The notes below the pieces were generated by a model that saw only the letters and a list, made by a program, of their open reading frames with translations, was not told the DNA's origin and ran no database searches. 58,857 bases of DNA from Nemertoderma westbladi (Eukaryota > Animalia > Xenacoelomorpha), in assembly GCA_032718475.1 (NCBI GenBank), contig JAUCBJ010002784.1, positions 1 to 58,857 on the forward strand. The letters are read 5' to 3'. Below, one piece after another: positions 1 to 13,099 of this stretch; the first letter of the stretch is position 1; each line of letters opens with the position of its first letter. A program made the translations under genes and the position numbers.

Positions 1-21
1 GCACTTTGAGACCCCGACTGT

Positions 22-854
22 ATGCTATTTAAACCATACAATACCACTTCGACAGGAATGGATTTTGATAACAACTTTAACCCTGACTCAAACCTTCAGT
101 CTGATTTTTCAGCTATTCGTAACTGTAATTATCATTTTTATGACGATTTTAACTCAAAATTTAATAATGTACAGCCTAACAAACTTTCATTAATACATTT
201 CAACTCACGTAGTCTAAATGCAAATTTCGATCAAACACTTTCTTTCTTAGACCAAATAAAAAACAAGTTCAATATCATAGGTCTGTCTGAAACTTGGATA
301 GATGAAAACAAACACGATACGACTAAATTTAACATATTTGGTTATGATGCTTTTTTTAAAAGTAGAACGAAAGAGAGTGGTGGTGGAATTTGTCTCTATG
401 TTGATAAAAATATGTCAGCAATACAGAGAAAGGACCTAAACATCAAAAGATCGAATGACTACGATGCAGAAATTTTATTTGTAGAAATCCCACAGGCCAA
501 ATCGAAAAACGTAATTGTTGGCGTGGTTTAGCGCCCACCTGGACTAGACATTCAAGACACTATCACAAAACTTGAACCAGTATTAAAAAAAATATCGGAT
601 GAGGGTAAAATTTGCTACATTATGGGAGACTTCAATGTTGATCTTTTAAAAATGGATCGCCATGCTCACACACAAGATTTTTTTAACTTTTTTTGCTCCT
701 TTAATTTTTTTCCAACCATATCAAAACCAACTCGAATTACTGAGTATTCAGCTTCGTGTATTGATAACATATACTGTAATACTATATCCAAAGATACCGA
801 ATCTGGAATATTTATTACTGCAATCACGGATCACTTACCAATATTCCTACTGGA
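22..854 (+). pseudogene. LINE ORF2 N-terminal apurinic-like endonuclease domain (premature stop at 529-531)
   Basis: Motifs HFNSRSL, IIGLSETW, GGGICLYV, VGVV*RPP (normally YRPP), MGDFNVDLL, PTRIT..SCIDNIY, ITDHLPIF. ORFs 22 and 622 are in the same frame. Confidence 0.92.
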
Positions 855-3648
855 CGGTCACGGCCCTAAACCGATTAGGTTCTCTGTTCGCAGAACACCG
901 AACACTATTCCGGCCACGGAACTAGTCCAGCAGAATGCCTTTATAGAATCCTGGAATTGTTGGGACGAGAGGATCTCAGCAACTAAGCGAAAACGAACAA
1001 TAGGATGTTCCTAGACCCCCCCCCCAAAATTTATCCAGAAGACTTTTTCCCATATACATTACGTTTAAAAAGTCTACGGTTCTCCGGCTATGGCCAATTT
1101 GAGTAAAAAAGTCAGCCTCCCTAGCAACCGCGTTGCTATGCGTATAAGTCCAGAACCGCTAATGCTACGGACTTGGGACCGGCGCCAATCGATAGGCAGC
1201 ATATGGGTTTACATTCAAATATCTTTTTTTGGAGCGATCAGAGCATGATCTTGACCATGATCAGCAAAGATCAGTTTTGATCAGCAATCGGACACTCAAG
1301 GCTTGCTCCAATCGGAAAACTTAACATTACAAAAAGATTCAGCGACCCCACATTAGTCATGATTCCCGTTAAAAGATTTAAAAAAAAGTGAATTCTTCCC
1401 GGTCAAAACGCAAGATCATGATCGCGCAAAGATCGGACTTCGTAAAATCGTAACTAAGCATTTTGGATATAAACAATTACTGTAGGAAACGTTCAGAACA
1501 CCGCCCTGAGTCGATTAAAAAAAAAATTGGCTCGATCGGACAATCGGTTCTCGAGATCTGATACCCGATCATAAAAGATCAGATTTTTTAGTTTTTTCGG
1601 ATTTTCTCGAAAACTTTGTTTGAGACCCCCGATTTTTTTTTTACGAATCGACTTCTATGATGAAGGGGCACCTTTTGTGCATTTCGAAATTTTCAAAAAG
1701 CGATTTGATCAGGCCGCGATCAGAAAAGATCGTGTTTTCGGTTTTATTTCGACGACCAAGTCCTGGGAGTTCACCGTATGGAAAAACTTAACATCACAAA
1801 AAGATTCCTCACCCTCAAATTATGGGGGGTAGCCAAAATTTGGGCATAAAAAAGTTCAAGTCTAGTGGGTCAAAACTCAAGATCATGATCGCGAAAAGAT
1901 CAGTATATTTAAAATCGAATCTAAGCATTTTTCTAATAAACATTGATTGTAAGAAATGTTCAATGGTCTATTCTGAGTTGATTAAAAAAAAATTGACTCG
2001 ATCGGTCAACCGGTTCTCAAGATCAGCTTCCTGATCATAAAAGATCGTGTTTTTCTGTTTTTCCCGATTTTCTCGAAAACTCTGTTTGAGACCCCCGATT
2101 TTTTTTTGACTAATCGACTTCTATTAAGAAGGGGCAACCTTTAAGCATTTCGAAATTTTCAAAAAGCGATTTGATCAGGCCATGATCAGGAAAGATCATG
2201 TTTTCGGTTTTATTTCGAAGACCAAGTCCTGTGAGTTCACCGTATGAAAAAACTTAACATTACAAAAAGATTCCTCACCCTCGAATTAGGGGGTGTAGCC
2301 AAAATTTGACCATAAAAAAGTTTAATTCTAGGGGGTCAAAAGATCATGATCGCGAAATGATCAGTTTTTTCGAAATTACTTCTGAGCATTTTGGGGCAAA
2401 ACTTTAAAACTAAAAAACATTCACTGGAGTGTTCTAAGTAGATTAAAACAAATTTCGACTCAATAGGCCTACCGGTACCGGAGATATTGTAGTCCAAAGT
2501 CTGCTTCCGGTAATTCGAAAATATTTCGAAAACCCTTGATCGAATTTTTTCCTTGAAAATATGTGAATGTACAGTTAGTGGACCCGCATCTAACGATATA
2601 TCACAATCCATATTTCGGATGACAGGTACCGGTGAAATCAGACTTTACCGATAAAAATTTAAATTTTAGCTACTCATGTCTGACTATCTCGAAAACTATA
2701 ACAGGTATGGAAATACTTTCACTGCAAGAAATGTTTGCCTATCGAATGCGCTTCTAACTCTGTGCTCGGATTTTGCATAGTGTCAAAACCTACAACTTAA
2801 CCCCCCCAGCGGAGGGAACGGAGTGACCGGAGCGCCAGTACTTTCTTTCATTATTATATAGTAATAAGGGTGGTGGGTGGGGTAGGTGGTGAATACTATT
2901 TATAGGGTGGAGGGAGGGTCTAGTATATTACTTTAGGATATTTGATTTCGTTGCAATATAGTTTAGCTGCCTCAGTCTTATTTGTAATATGTTATACATT
3001 ATACTAAATTATATCAAGTTTTAACATACTACATTGTCTACCTGTAGGAGAAATATACAATGTAGGGCTCATAATATATTTATAAATAGATTTAGTATAT
3101 TTACATTGTATAACAGAGTTAATTGATACTATTACGGTATTATACTAAAGACGCCGCTTTGATATATCTGATCAAATGGCAATTTGTGGTAAATTATTTA
3201 TTTCACTATCTTGGGTATATCATTCAATTTCTAAAACTATAATAATAAACATTTACTTCAGTTCTTGTTTACTCGCATGGATATATTGATATAAAACACT
3301 TGCAGTATAATATTTTATGGGGCCAAACGCAGATTAATCAGAATAATATGTTTAATTATTGTTACAATTGGCACATTGAAGTAAGTAGTACATGAGTTTG
3401 ATAAAATAATTATGAATCCGTATCTTATTCTACTTTGTCTACATGGTTATGTTATATAATAATGTTACTTTATCACTTTGGTTTAAACTCATCTCCTTTA
3501 TAACTACTTACTACCACTACTAACTACTATTACTACTACTACTACTGACTACTGCAGAGTTAGGTGTATATTATAAGAGGACAGGGTTCGTGATTATTAG
3601 TTATTATACAAGTGCCCCTCGGCTATAGAGAGTCCACCCTCGGTTGCT
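855..3648. mobile_element. 2.8 kb non-coding insertion into the LINE, flanked by a 7-bp TSD (TACTGGA); possibly composite
   Basis: TACTGGA at 848-854 and 3649-3655. Removal restores ...DHLPIFLLDNPLPLNKK in frame. No TIR or coding capacity recognised. Confidence 0.8.
1230..2500 (+). repeat. Diverged tandem repeat, ~466-bp unit, about 2.5-3 copies, inside the insertion
   Basis: AAAACTTAACATYACAAAAAGATTC recurs near 1317, 1783 and 2249. GATCATAAAAGATC at 1567 and 2033. Confidence 0.8.
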
Positions 3649-5994
3649 TACTGGATAACCCATTGCCACTTAATAAGAAACAAAGAACGGAAAAATACAT
3701 ATTAACACGAAAAATAAATGACTCACTAATAGACAACTTTAATAACTTGTTACGTATTGAAAAATGGGAGGATGTTTACACTAATGCTGCAAATCCTAAC
3801 TTAGCCTATGATTTGTTCACAAACACTTTCATAAAATTATACAATTCTACATTTCCAATTAAAAAAGTTAAAATAAGAAATATCAATACACCATGGATTA
3901 GCGAGGGATTGCAGCGTTGTATCAAACGAAAGGATAATCTTTATTACCTATACATTAAGAATCCATCGGATGATAATAATAAAAAATTTCGGCGATATAG
4001 AAACTCATTGAAAAGTGCAATACGACATGCAAAAAAAGAATATTTTCAAAACAATTTAGATAAGAATAAGAATAATGCTAGAAATATGTGGAAATCAATA
4101 AACTTATTAATAAATAGAAAATCTACCAATACCTCCCCAACATTAATTAATCAAAATTCCCGCTCATATGTTGATCCCTCTACCATAGCTACGATGTTTA
4201 ATGACTATTATGTAAAAGTTGGTTCCAATCTCGATGCGAATATCCCTCATGCAGATGGTTCTCCTCTGGACTACTTGACTCCACCTAAATTTCCAGAGCG
4301 CTTTTCCACATTTACTAAAATAACTGTCAATCAACTTATTGATGTCACTCGGACACTAAACAAAAAGGCTAGCTGTGGTCATGATGGACTGGCTGGAAAA
4401 ATAATTATTCCAGTTATACATAGCGTAGCTAGGCCTTTAGCAAGTATTATAAATAACTCCCTAAATACTGGTTGTGTTCCAGATGCTATAAAAATTGGTC
4501 GTATAATACCTATTTTTAAGTCAGGAGACCCTACTTGGACAAAAAACTATCGTCCTATTTCAGTTCTACCATTCTTTTCAAAAATGTTTGAAAAGGTCGT
4601 TTTTAATCAAATTCTACAATACATAACCAAACAGGCAATACTTACAGTTAACCAATATGGATTTCGTCATGGCACTAAAAAGTAAATAAAAGTAAAGTAA
4701 TGGCTATGGCACTATGGCAGGTCAACTGAACTGGCCCTGCTGAATCTACTGGATATCGTAACTAAGGCTTTAGATGATAAGGAATTTAGTTTAGCCATAT
4801 CAATTGACCTATCTAAGGCATTTGATACAGTTCCACATAACATACTAAACGACAAACTTAAATTCTATGGTATCACTGACACCCCACTGAATTGGCTGAA
4901 TAACTATCTCACTGGACGTCAACAATATGTAGAAATTAATAGGACCAAATCTGGACTGCGTACTATTACTATAGGTGTGCCCCAGGGCAGTATCCTTGGG
5001 CCTCTTCTATTCCTACTATATGTGAATGATATAGTCAATGTATCTATCATTTTAAAGTACATTATATTCGCTGATGACACAAATCTCATAGTCTCACATT
5101 CTGATATCGATAACCTTTTCAAAATGGCTAATTCTGAATTATCCAAAATTTCCAGGTGGTTCCACTTGAACCGCCTATCCCTTAATACAGATAAAACAAA
5201 TTACATTATCTTCAGAGCATCTACTAAACCAATTAACGTTAATAACAATACTATTAATATTGACGGGAAATCAATTGATAAAAAAAGAAGAAGTTAAATT
5301 TCTTGGTGTATTACTCGACGAAACACTTTCCTGGAAAAATCACCTGAATATGTTGAAGCGTAAAATAAGTAGAAACTGCGGGATTATAAACAAAATAAAA
5401 TGGTTTGCAACACCAAAAATGCTAACCAATCTTTACTACTCACTAATTCATCCTTATTTGTCCTATTGCACATCAGTATGGGGTAATAGTATCTGGAACA
5501 CAAGCACAGACCTTCTTCAACCTAACAATAATGGGCGATCCCATACCAAATGGCGTAAAAACGACTACGCGGAGTTAAATTACACTCTGCCTCTGCTGCA
5601 ATTTTCTCACTCAGTAAACAACAACAGCGTATAATTGCATACATTAACAAACGTGATCCTATTTTTAAACCTACAGTATGCTTTAAAGTCGATTTATACA
5701 ATACAAATTAGCACGATATGCTTTAAATATATCAAACAAATTCTCCCTAGTAATATTCTCCCCAACCTTTTGACACCGTTAACTTCAATTCACTCTCATT
5801 CTACTCGCAATGCCCATCTACTTGATAACTGTTACATACCCAGGAGCAGATTAAAAATACGCCAAAGTTCAATTTACCATCAATCTCCAAAAATTTGGAA
5901 CACTCTCCCCACTGAAGTGCGACAAGCTCAATCACTACCTATTTTCAAAACAAGAATACGTAACCACATGATTGGTTTATTGTTAGATACATAA
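3649..5994 (+). pseudogene. LINE ORF2 reverse transcriptase region, disrupted by a short insertion (4675-4719), a frameshift (~5280) and stops
   Basis: PWISEGL, NYRPISVLPFFSKMFEKVV, QYGFRHG/RSTELALL, IDLSKAFDTVPH, GVPQGSILGPLLFLLYVND, FADD, VKFLGVLLDETLSWKNH, KIWNTLP. Confidence 0.92.
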
Positions 5995-8456
5995 GAAGTA
6001 ATTTTCATTTATTTTTCATAATTTGTCTGCATTAATAATTAAACTAGTTAGTTTAGAGTTAAAGGAACTTAAGAAGTGAGAGAGGGGGGGGGGGGGGATG
6101 TTTGTATGAGGCAATATGTTATTTGATTGTCTATGTCTGTCTGCGTAATTTCAAATAGCCTTTAAATGGTACCAAACTTTAGCATAATAATATATAAATA
6201 GTAAATATTGAAATTTAAAATACTAAATAATTTTCATGATTACGATTACATAGTGTAGTACAGTCACAGTAGTGTAGTACAGTAACTTTTGTAGTATTAA
6301 TATGGTGTCCGAAATAATGGGTTCAACCCGTCCGGCCTCCATCTGCACGATGAATTCATACTATCGCTTGTTTAAGTTTTATATAATTATATTATGATGC
6401 ATGTCAATATGGTTATGATTTCTTCAAGTAGTAAAAATATATCTTATCTTCTTATCTTAAAGTTCTGGGGGGACCGCACTGGAAATAAGTCGTCAGACTT
6501 TGTGCGTAATCCCTGGCCAAGCGGCCGAAGAAAATTTACTTTACTTTTTTATCTGTCATCTGTGTAACTCCTGAACTCAGGCGAGCATTTTACAGATGGT
6601 GGTCTAATTTATATGGTCTTGCACCGCGAAACCGTGTATTATTTACAGATGTAGGCTAAATTTCGGGTCTTGTACCGTGCACAGTGACAGTACTGGTGGG
6701 CCTACTGGCCTACACAGCTCAGCAGCTACTGCATTTTGCCTAATACAGGTCCCAGACTGCCAGAGGTAAATCCTTACCCCATGGGCTCTTACCTCTCTGA
6801 CTGACAGCGCAACAGTCCTCTCTCTTTCTGTACCTACTGTTCTGCCTGACGCCTGACTGCTTTCGGTATAACTTGTATAATGAAACAGACAAGGCCAGCA
6901 AGAGTGGGGTAGGGGAGTAGGGCCTAATCTGCTAATAGAATAGTGAATACAGATACAGCAATAATAGGAATAGCCAAAGCCAATACCATAATACAGTCTG
7001 ACAGTAATAGCAGGTTTTGTTAATTCATGTTTAATTTGTTACAGGGGCTTTATTCTTTCTCATGGTAGTTAGTTACATGGCTGCATGGGAGCAGTAATGT
7101 GTAATGAGACGATTAAAAAAGTAGTCATGTATGTGAGATACTGAGATATGAGATATAACCGCCGTACTACTTACTACATTTTCCTTTTTCTTTGATACAG
7201 TAGATGTGAGATATGATATACAACCGCTGTACTACCTTTTTCTTAGATATATTACTTAGGAAATATTCATACGCGGTGTACATGTAGGACAGTCTGACAG
7301 TAGCACTAGTACCGGTACTGGTAGTAGTTCTTGGTCTGTTGTTTATACTGTCAGACTGTTATACCGGTACTACTTTTTATCTTTTTGGTACTACCGGTAT
7401 TGTATCCTACTATTTTCTGATTTTACTTATTTTTGTGTTTTGGCCTTATTGTGGATAATAATACTGCAGTACTGTAATATACTATCAGACTGTCTGACTG
7501 TTGGACTCTGCTCTTACTGTCTTACTGTCTTATTCTGAAAACCCGGTTTACATGTAGGCCTAGCAGCCTACAGGCCTAGTGGAATGTAATTTATGCGAGA
7601 AGAAGTACACAACAACCTCCTGACCTCTGAATTATCGAGACACAAACAAAAAATTGATAAAAGGGGAACCGACAGCGAAACTAAACCATTTCCACGCTGT
7701 CTAGCCTGCCAGCACTTATTTTTGCTACTCGTGTGTCGGGAATGCTACAGACAGACAGAAAGACCTTGGACCAATTGAATGGTGGATAGGACTGTAGGAT
7801 GTCTGGCTGGATGTAGCGTTTGCCTGTTTGCACGGGTGTAACACTGTAAACACTACGGCAGTACGGCGACAACCGACAACCACTACCGACAACAGTAAAT
7901 ATGAAAATGTAACCTACAGTAGTTCGTAACTTTCGTTTATTGTTTTGGTTAGACTAACCTTCCACTGTTGACTGTAACCTGTTTATTGCCCTCAATTAAT
8001 AAATAACATTAATTCTGTAATTAGCGTTACAGCTTTAATAATGGTCAGATGGCAACGCAACACGAGTTGTATTTTGCCCACATTGAATATTACTACGTGG
8101 CAACTGGCAAGTACTGAAGTACTTCAATGACTGAATGAGATATTGTATAAATACAGTATGTTTATTACTAAACAAGACTTAACTATAAATATTATCAGTA
8201 TTTAGTAATAATAGTATTAATAAAGTATTAGTAATAATCAGTTCATTTAAAGTTTACATCATTGTAATTAAACTAATCCACTTATACTACATACGGTTTT
8301 TTTTTGCATACAGTATATTATGCCTGGTATTGTCTGATTGTCAGTTTGTACCATGGCTTACTGGATTACCGGTACTAACTGACTAACACTAGCAGATTAA
8401 TTACTTAATATCTGACAGTCTGAATACTTTGGAATAATGGTAACCTGAACTTTTTG

Positions 8457-9027
8457 GGGTCCTACTAATTACCCCAACCTACCCCAACCTACCACAAACT
8501 ACCACAATCTACCACAATCTACCCCAATAATTCGATACAGGCATCTAATTACCACAATATTATTTTACAATGGCATCTAATTACCACAATATACAGAACG
8601 CAAGTGTCTAATTACCACAATACTATACAGCGTCTAATTACCACAACACTATACTGCATCTATAGATCTAATTACCACAACACAACACTGCGTCTAATTA
8701 CCACAATCTATTTACCACAAGACTACCCTGCATCTAATTACCACAATATTATTTTACAATGGCATCTAATTACCACAATATACAGAATGCAAGAGTCTCT
8801 AATTACCACAAGACTATACTGCGTGTAATTACCACAACACTATACTGCGTCGAATTACCACAACACAACACTGCGTCTAATTACCACAATCTATTTACGA
8901 ACAAGACTACACTGCATCTAATTACCACAATATTATTTTACAATGGCATCTAATTACCACAATATACAGAATGCAAGAGTGTCTAATTACCACAAGACTA
9001 TACTGCGTCTAATTACCACAACAATAT
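8457..9027 (+). repeat. Left foldback arm: CTAATTACCACAA-core subrepeats organised in a ~183-bp higher-order unit
   Basis: TATTTTACAATGGCATCTAATTACCACAA recurs about every 183-189 bp (three times). This arm is the reverse complement of the right arm. Confidence 0.92.
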
Positions 9028-9149
9028 TGTAAAAGCTTCTGTGGGATATAACTGGCCCCTTTGCTTCGCAATCCAGTTTCCCCCCAGGCGCTGGAATACT
9101 CTAAAAGGTTCTCTAACTGTATATATATTCCCCTCGCCCGCAAGCCATT

Positions 9150-9712
9150 CTGCTAAGTAGGGCATGTACGCCGAACGCGTTCGGCGCACTATTTTTTCCA
9201 TAATTTGGAGCAGGCGCAGAAAATTGAGAGCGCAGCGCAGCGCCGCGCAGCGCGCAGGCGCAGAAAATTTAGAGCGCGGCGCGACAGGCGCAGGCGCAGA
9301 AAATTGATAGCACGGCTCAGACTTGCACTACACAGCACTAAGTCAGTACCGGTAAGTAGACCTACCCGCTACCCCTGGCAGTCTGCTGACTACCGGTAAC
9401 AGGGTAATGACAATACAGATAAGACTGTAAGAAATACTGAAATAATAAGCCTCCTACTTGCTACTTGGCTGCTTGGTGTGCTTTAGGCCAGTACAGCAGT
9501 AGGCAGGCAGGTACGTGGTAGGAGATTTCGCGCAGTATTTCTGCTGTGCGCGCCAATCTCGCGCAGAATTTCTGCTGCGCGCGCCAATCTCGCGCAGTTT
9601 TTCTGCTGCGCACGTGGATTTTGCACTGTTTTCGACTGCGCAGGCGCACATTTTTTTCTGCGCCACGTCGCGTTCGGCGCACAAAAAAATCACTTAGCAT
9701 ATGGGCCCGCAA
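9150..9712. repeat. GC-rich GCGCAG-repeat element with imperfect inverted halves (MITE-like)
   Basis: GCGCAGAAAATT repeats at 9210-9310 and TTTCTGCTGCGCGC repeats at 9525-9665. TGCTAAGT/CGCCGAACGCG at the left end is mirrored by CGCGTTCGGCG/ACTTAGCA at the right end. No clear TSD. Confidence 0.5.
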
Positions 9713-10931
9713 GGTACCGTTACAGGTGTTTTAACGGACATAAAAGTCATTCTTCTATATGCGTGCTTTGGCGGACATGGTAAGGCAAAAAACCCGCAAT
9801 GCACCAAATACCTTTACACGGCTTGGCCTTGATGATTCAGATTGCGACATCTAGCAGCTGGTTGCTGGCATGGAAACAGCCATTGGACGCATGGTTCTTT
9901 GTTTGGCTTGAGCCAATCGGAGCGATTTTTTCTGTCGACGTGTAGATATTCGGCCGATGATACTAGGAGTGTTCAGTCTTACTGTTTTTTCTTGATATAG
10001 TTTTGTTGTTGCTATCTAGGCCAGGAACACCGGCTCTAGAGTCAATTCGTTTTCATACTTTAGAAGAAACATTAGTAGGCTTAAGATTATAGAGCGTATA
10101 ACTGTTATCAGTCCAGTCCATATCATATATCACATATCATACTGTTGTTCATATCATATCTTAACCTACCGTCTTAATGTTTTTACTGTTGTCATATTTT
10201 GTATCAGTTGGTTGAATACTATTTGGAGAACATTTATAAAGAACCCAAATTTCCCAATTTTCTTGATACACTACAGGTTAGAGAGACGGGTTATATATAG
10301 CGATTGCGACTTATATTATTGTGGTTTGTAGTGAATTTAATGCTATTTGATAAGCACTACATGATTCGTTGCTGCTCTCTTTATATATGATAAAATTCAT
10401 TGACGGTCGGCAAATTAGTGAGCAGTATTGTGTGTTACCGGTAGTGTGCCTGATTGTGACTGATAACTAAGCATTTCCTAAAGAATGCGCCTCATACGTG
10501 AATCATAAGCCTTACCGACTTACCGTTGTGATTAGTATAAGTCATATCTCTGTTTACCTAGATAGAGCGCCACGTCCTAAAGGAACTGTTAATATTTCCC
10601 GAAAGTGAATAATATTAGTCAGAAATTATTTATTAACGATCAATCGAATAATACAGTAAGCTTACACTGCAATAATAATCTAAGCCCTCAGAATCCAGTC
10701 TCCCGGGTATATCCAGCGGGTGAATGGACGCGCACTAGGCTGGCTTCTGCTAATGTTGTGTTTATTGGTGTTAAATATTTGTCATCTTCTAAAGTCTATT
10801 TATAAACCAAAAGACATATAAATTTTGGCAGGTTAAACTGCTAAAGGTCTTCAAAAGCGCGTACAATAACAGTTATTGACTTTATTGCAGTAAGCAATAA
10901 AGTTGAAAGTACCGGTAGACCAGTAAACCTG

Positions 10932-11058
10932 AACCGGTACTTCTGTAGGTCAGTAGGCCCAACTGCCAGAACCGGTACTGCCGTAGGTCCGTGGGTCCAA
11001 CTGCCAGAACCGGTACTTCTGTAGGTCCGTAGGCCCAACTGTCCTAACCGGTACTTCC
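10932..11058 (+). repeat. 38-bp tandem repeat, ~3.3 copies, in the putative retroelement leader
   Basis: ACCGGTACTTCTGTAGGTCMGTAGGCCCAACTGCCAGA at 10933, 10971 and 11009. Confidence 0.85.
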
Positions 11059-11234
11059 AGTATAAGTACATTAGTATTATTCGATTTTGATTATTGTATA
11101 CCAGTAGGTCTTAGTATTTAATCAGGGACTGCAGCCCTGGTTTTTTATTGAGATTTTACTTATTTCTGTCGGTTTTATTTACATGTAAGTTAATATTGAG
11201 CTGAAGACGTGTAAGTCTGCTCAGATTGTTCAGA

Positions 11235-11810
11235 TAATTGTAGGCCGGACTGTTGTTAGATTGTTGTTGGGTTTGGAGAGATTACGGCGTGTGTAGAGTT
11301 TGTCTGATAGAGTGCCAGTTAGTAAGTTGGGGCAGCCATAGCTGTAAGGTCAATCCCCTCTTAAAGAATAAGTCGTACTACCGTGTTAGAACGCATACTA
11401 ACTAACCATTTTGGAATCTGCACATACTGTAGTTTATTTAGGCTTGACAGTATTCTGCCAGCGTTTAGGCCTGTGTTTGTTTGTGTGGTCTGTTCAGGTA
11501 CCATAATAGTTATTACTCAGATATTTTGTAGGCTGGATTGTTGTCTAGCTATTATTAGGTCTGAAGAGATTGCTGCTTGTGTAGAGTTTGTCTGATAAAG
11601 TGCCAGTTAGTAAGTTGGGGCAGCCATAGCTGTAAGGTCAATCCCCTCTTAAAGAATAAGTCGTACTACCGTGTTAGAACGCATACTAACTAACCATTTT
11701 GGAATCTGCACATACAGTAGTTTATTTAGGCTTGGTGGTAGTCTGCCAGCGTTTTGGTTTGTATTTGTTTGAGTATTCTGTACGGGTAGCGTAATATTTA
11801 TTATTCAGAG
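11235..11810 (+). repeat. ~288-bp tandem duplication
   Basis: A near-identical core GTGTAGAGTTTGTCTGATA...GGAATCTGCACATAC starts at 11291 and 11579. Confidence 0.9.
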
Positions 11811-13099
11811 TTTATGCGATTATTCGCAACATTCATGTCCCCAAGTTTATTCCTACAGTAATTGTGCTTGTTACACATACCGTTATAGTTAAATTAACCC
11901 CGGTACTACACGGGCTGCTTGGCGTAGGAAAAGACTGGTGACTTTGTGCTTCGGTCACTCCAGCAGATGCCGTGGTTCTTTTAACTGTTCAAGTATATTT
12001 AACTACTGATTATTTGTTGTACCAGTACTTGTACCTAATTTAGGGTTTAGTGTACAGTGCTTTCCGAGGTAATTAGTGTGTAGGCAGTATATTGTGTTGT
12101 AAAGTGGTTAATAGGCACGCTGGATCTGGTAGTCCGCGGTAATTAACTTCTAGGTAGGAACACTCCGTGATACATAACGTAGTACCTATAGCGATACGGT
12201 TATAGGTCGTCAGGCGGTGGTATCTTCCTATCTGGACAACGCAGTGTATTTACTACTACTTATTATTTTCAAATACCATAGTACCCTGTCCGTTGTAATA
12301 ACCAGAATTCTAACCCTTTGTTAGGCTGGTTTGTAGACTTCCTGTAAAATTACCCTAAAATTTCGTACGTAATATTTTTGTTGTGTTTAATTAGTGATTT
12401 AATCTCACCCGTATCGTAAGTAATTTGTAGTATTAAGTAACTTAGGTAAATTAGAATAATCTGTTTTAGTGTCCCATAAGTAGCACTCCACTGAGGGCGC
12501 ACAGCTTCTGTGTAGTGACTCTCCCCAGAAATAATAACATTTATTTCAAATATTGACAAAACCCTTTTAAACGGGTATATATATATTATAAATCAACTCA
12601 AACGATTTATAAATAGTAGGCCTGCCATACAACAACTAGGTCTCAATATCAGTTGGACTACTGCTTAAATAACGGTAATAAAGTAAGTTAAAGTAACCAA
12701 GTAACCCTAAAATATTCAGAAATTCAATTATTCTAAAATAATTGACATACCGGTATTTACCATAAGCTTATTATATTTATTTCAATAAATTTGAGCTGAA
12801 ATCATACCGGTATTCTGTAATTAATTCTAGTCCATAATTATACTTATATATACTATCAGTGTAAGCTGTATACCGGTATTCACGATAGGCCTATTATATA
12901 TTTATATATATTTGTGCTAAAATTATATACCGGTACTCTGTGACAAACCTAGTTTACAATACTTATATATACTATAAGTGTATACCGGTATTCTAATATA
13001 CTGTAATAAATTACTGGTACTAGGCCAACGGTGATACTGAATTACTAGACTTGCTTTAACTGTAACTATAGCAGTAAGCATTCAACTGTATAGCTAAAC

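Larger units (their letters stand above)
1..6550 (+). mobile_element. Decayed non-LTR retrotransposon (CR1/L2-group LINE), interrupted by insertions; 5' part probably lies outside the window, 3' boundary approximate
   Basis: APE endonuclease motifs at 22-854 and RT motifs at 3649-5994 join in frame once 855-3655 is removed. An AT-rich 3' UTR with a (TTTAC)-like tail follows near 6535-6550. Confidence 0.85.

Noticed and set aside
9013-9734. Short Arg/Ala-rich ORFs
   Set aside because: They derive mostly from GCGCAG repeats, with no recognisable domain.
9727-10830. Defined 5' LTR and primer-binding site
   Set aside because: There is no second LTR to compare with and no PBS I could match confidently.
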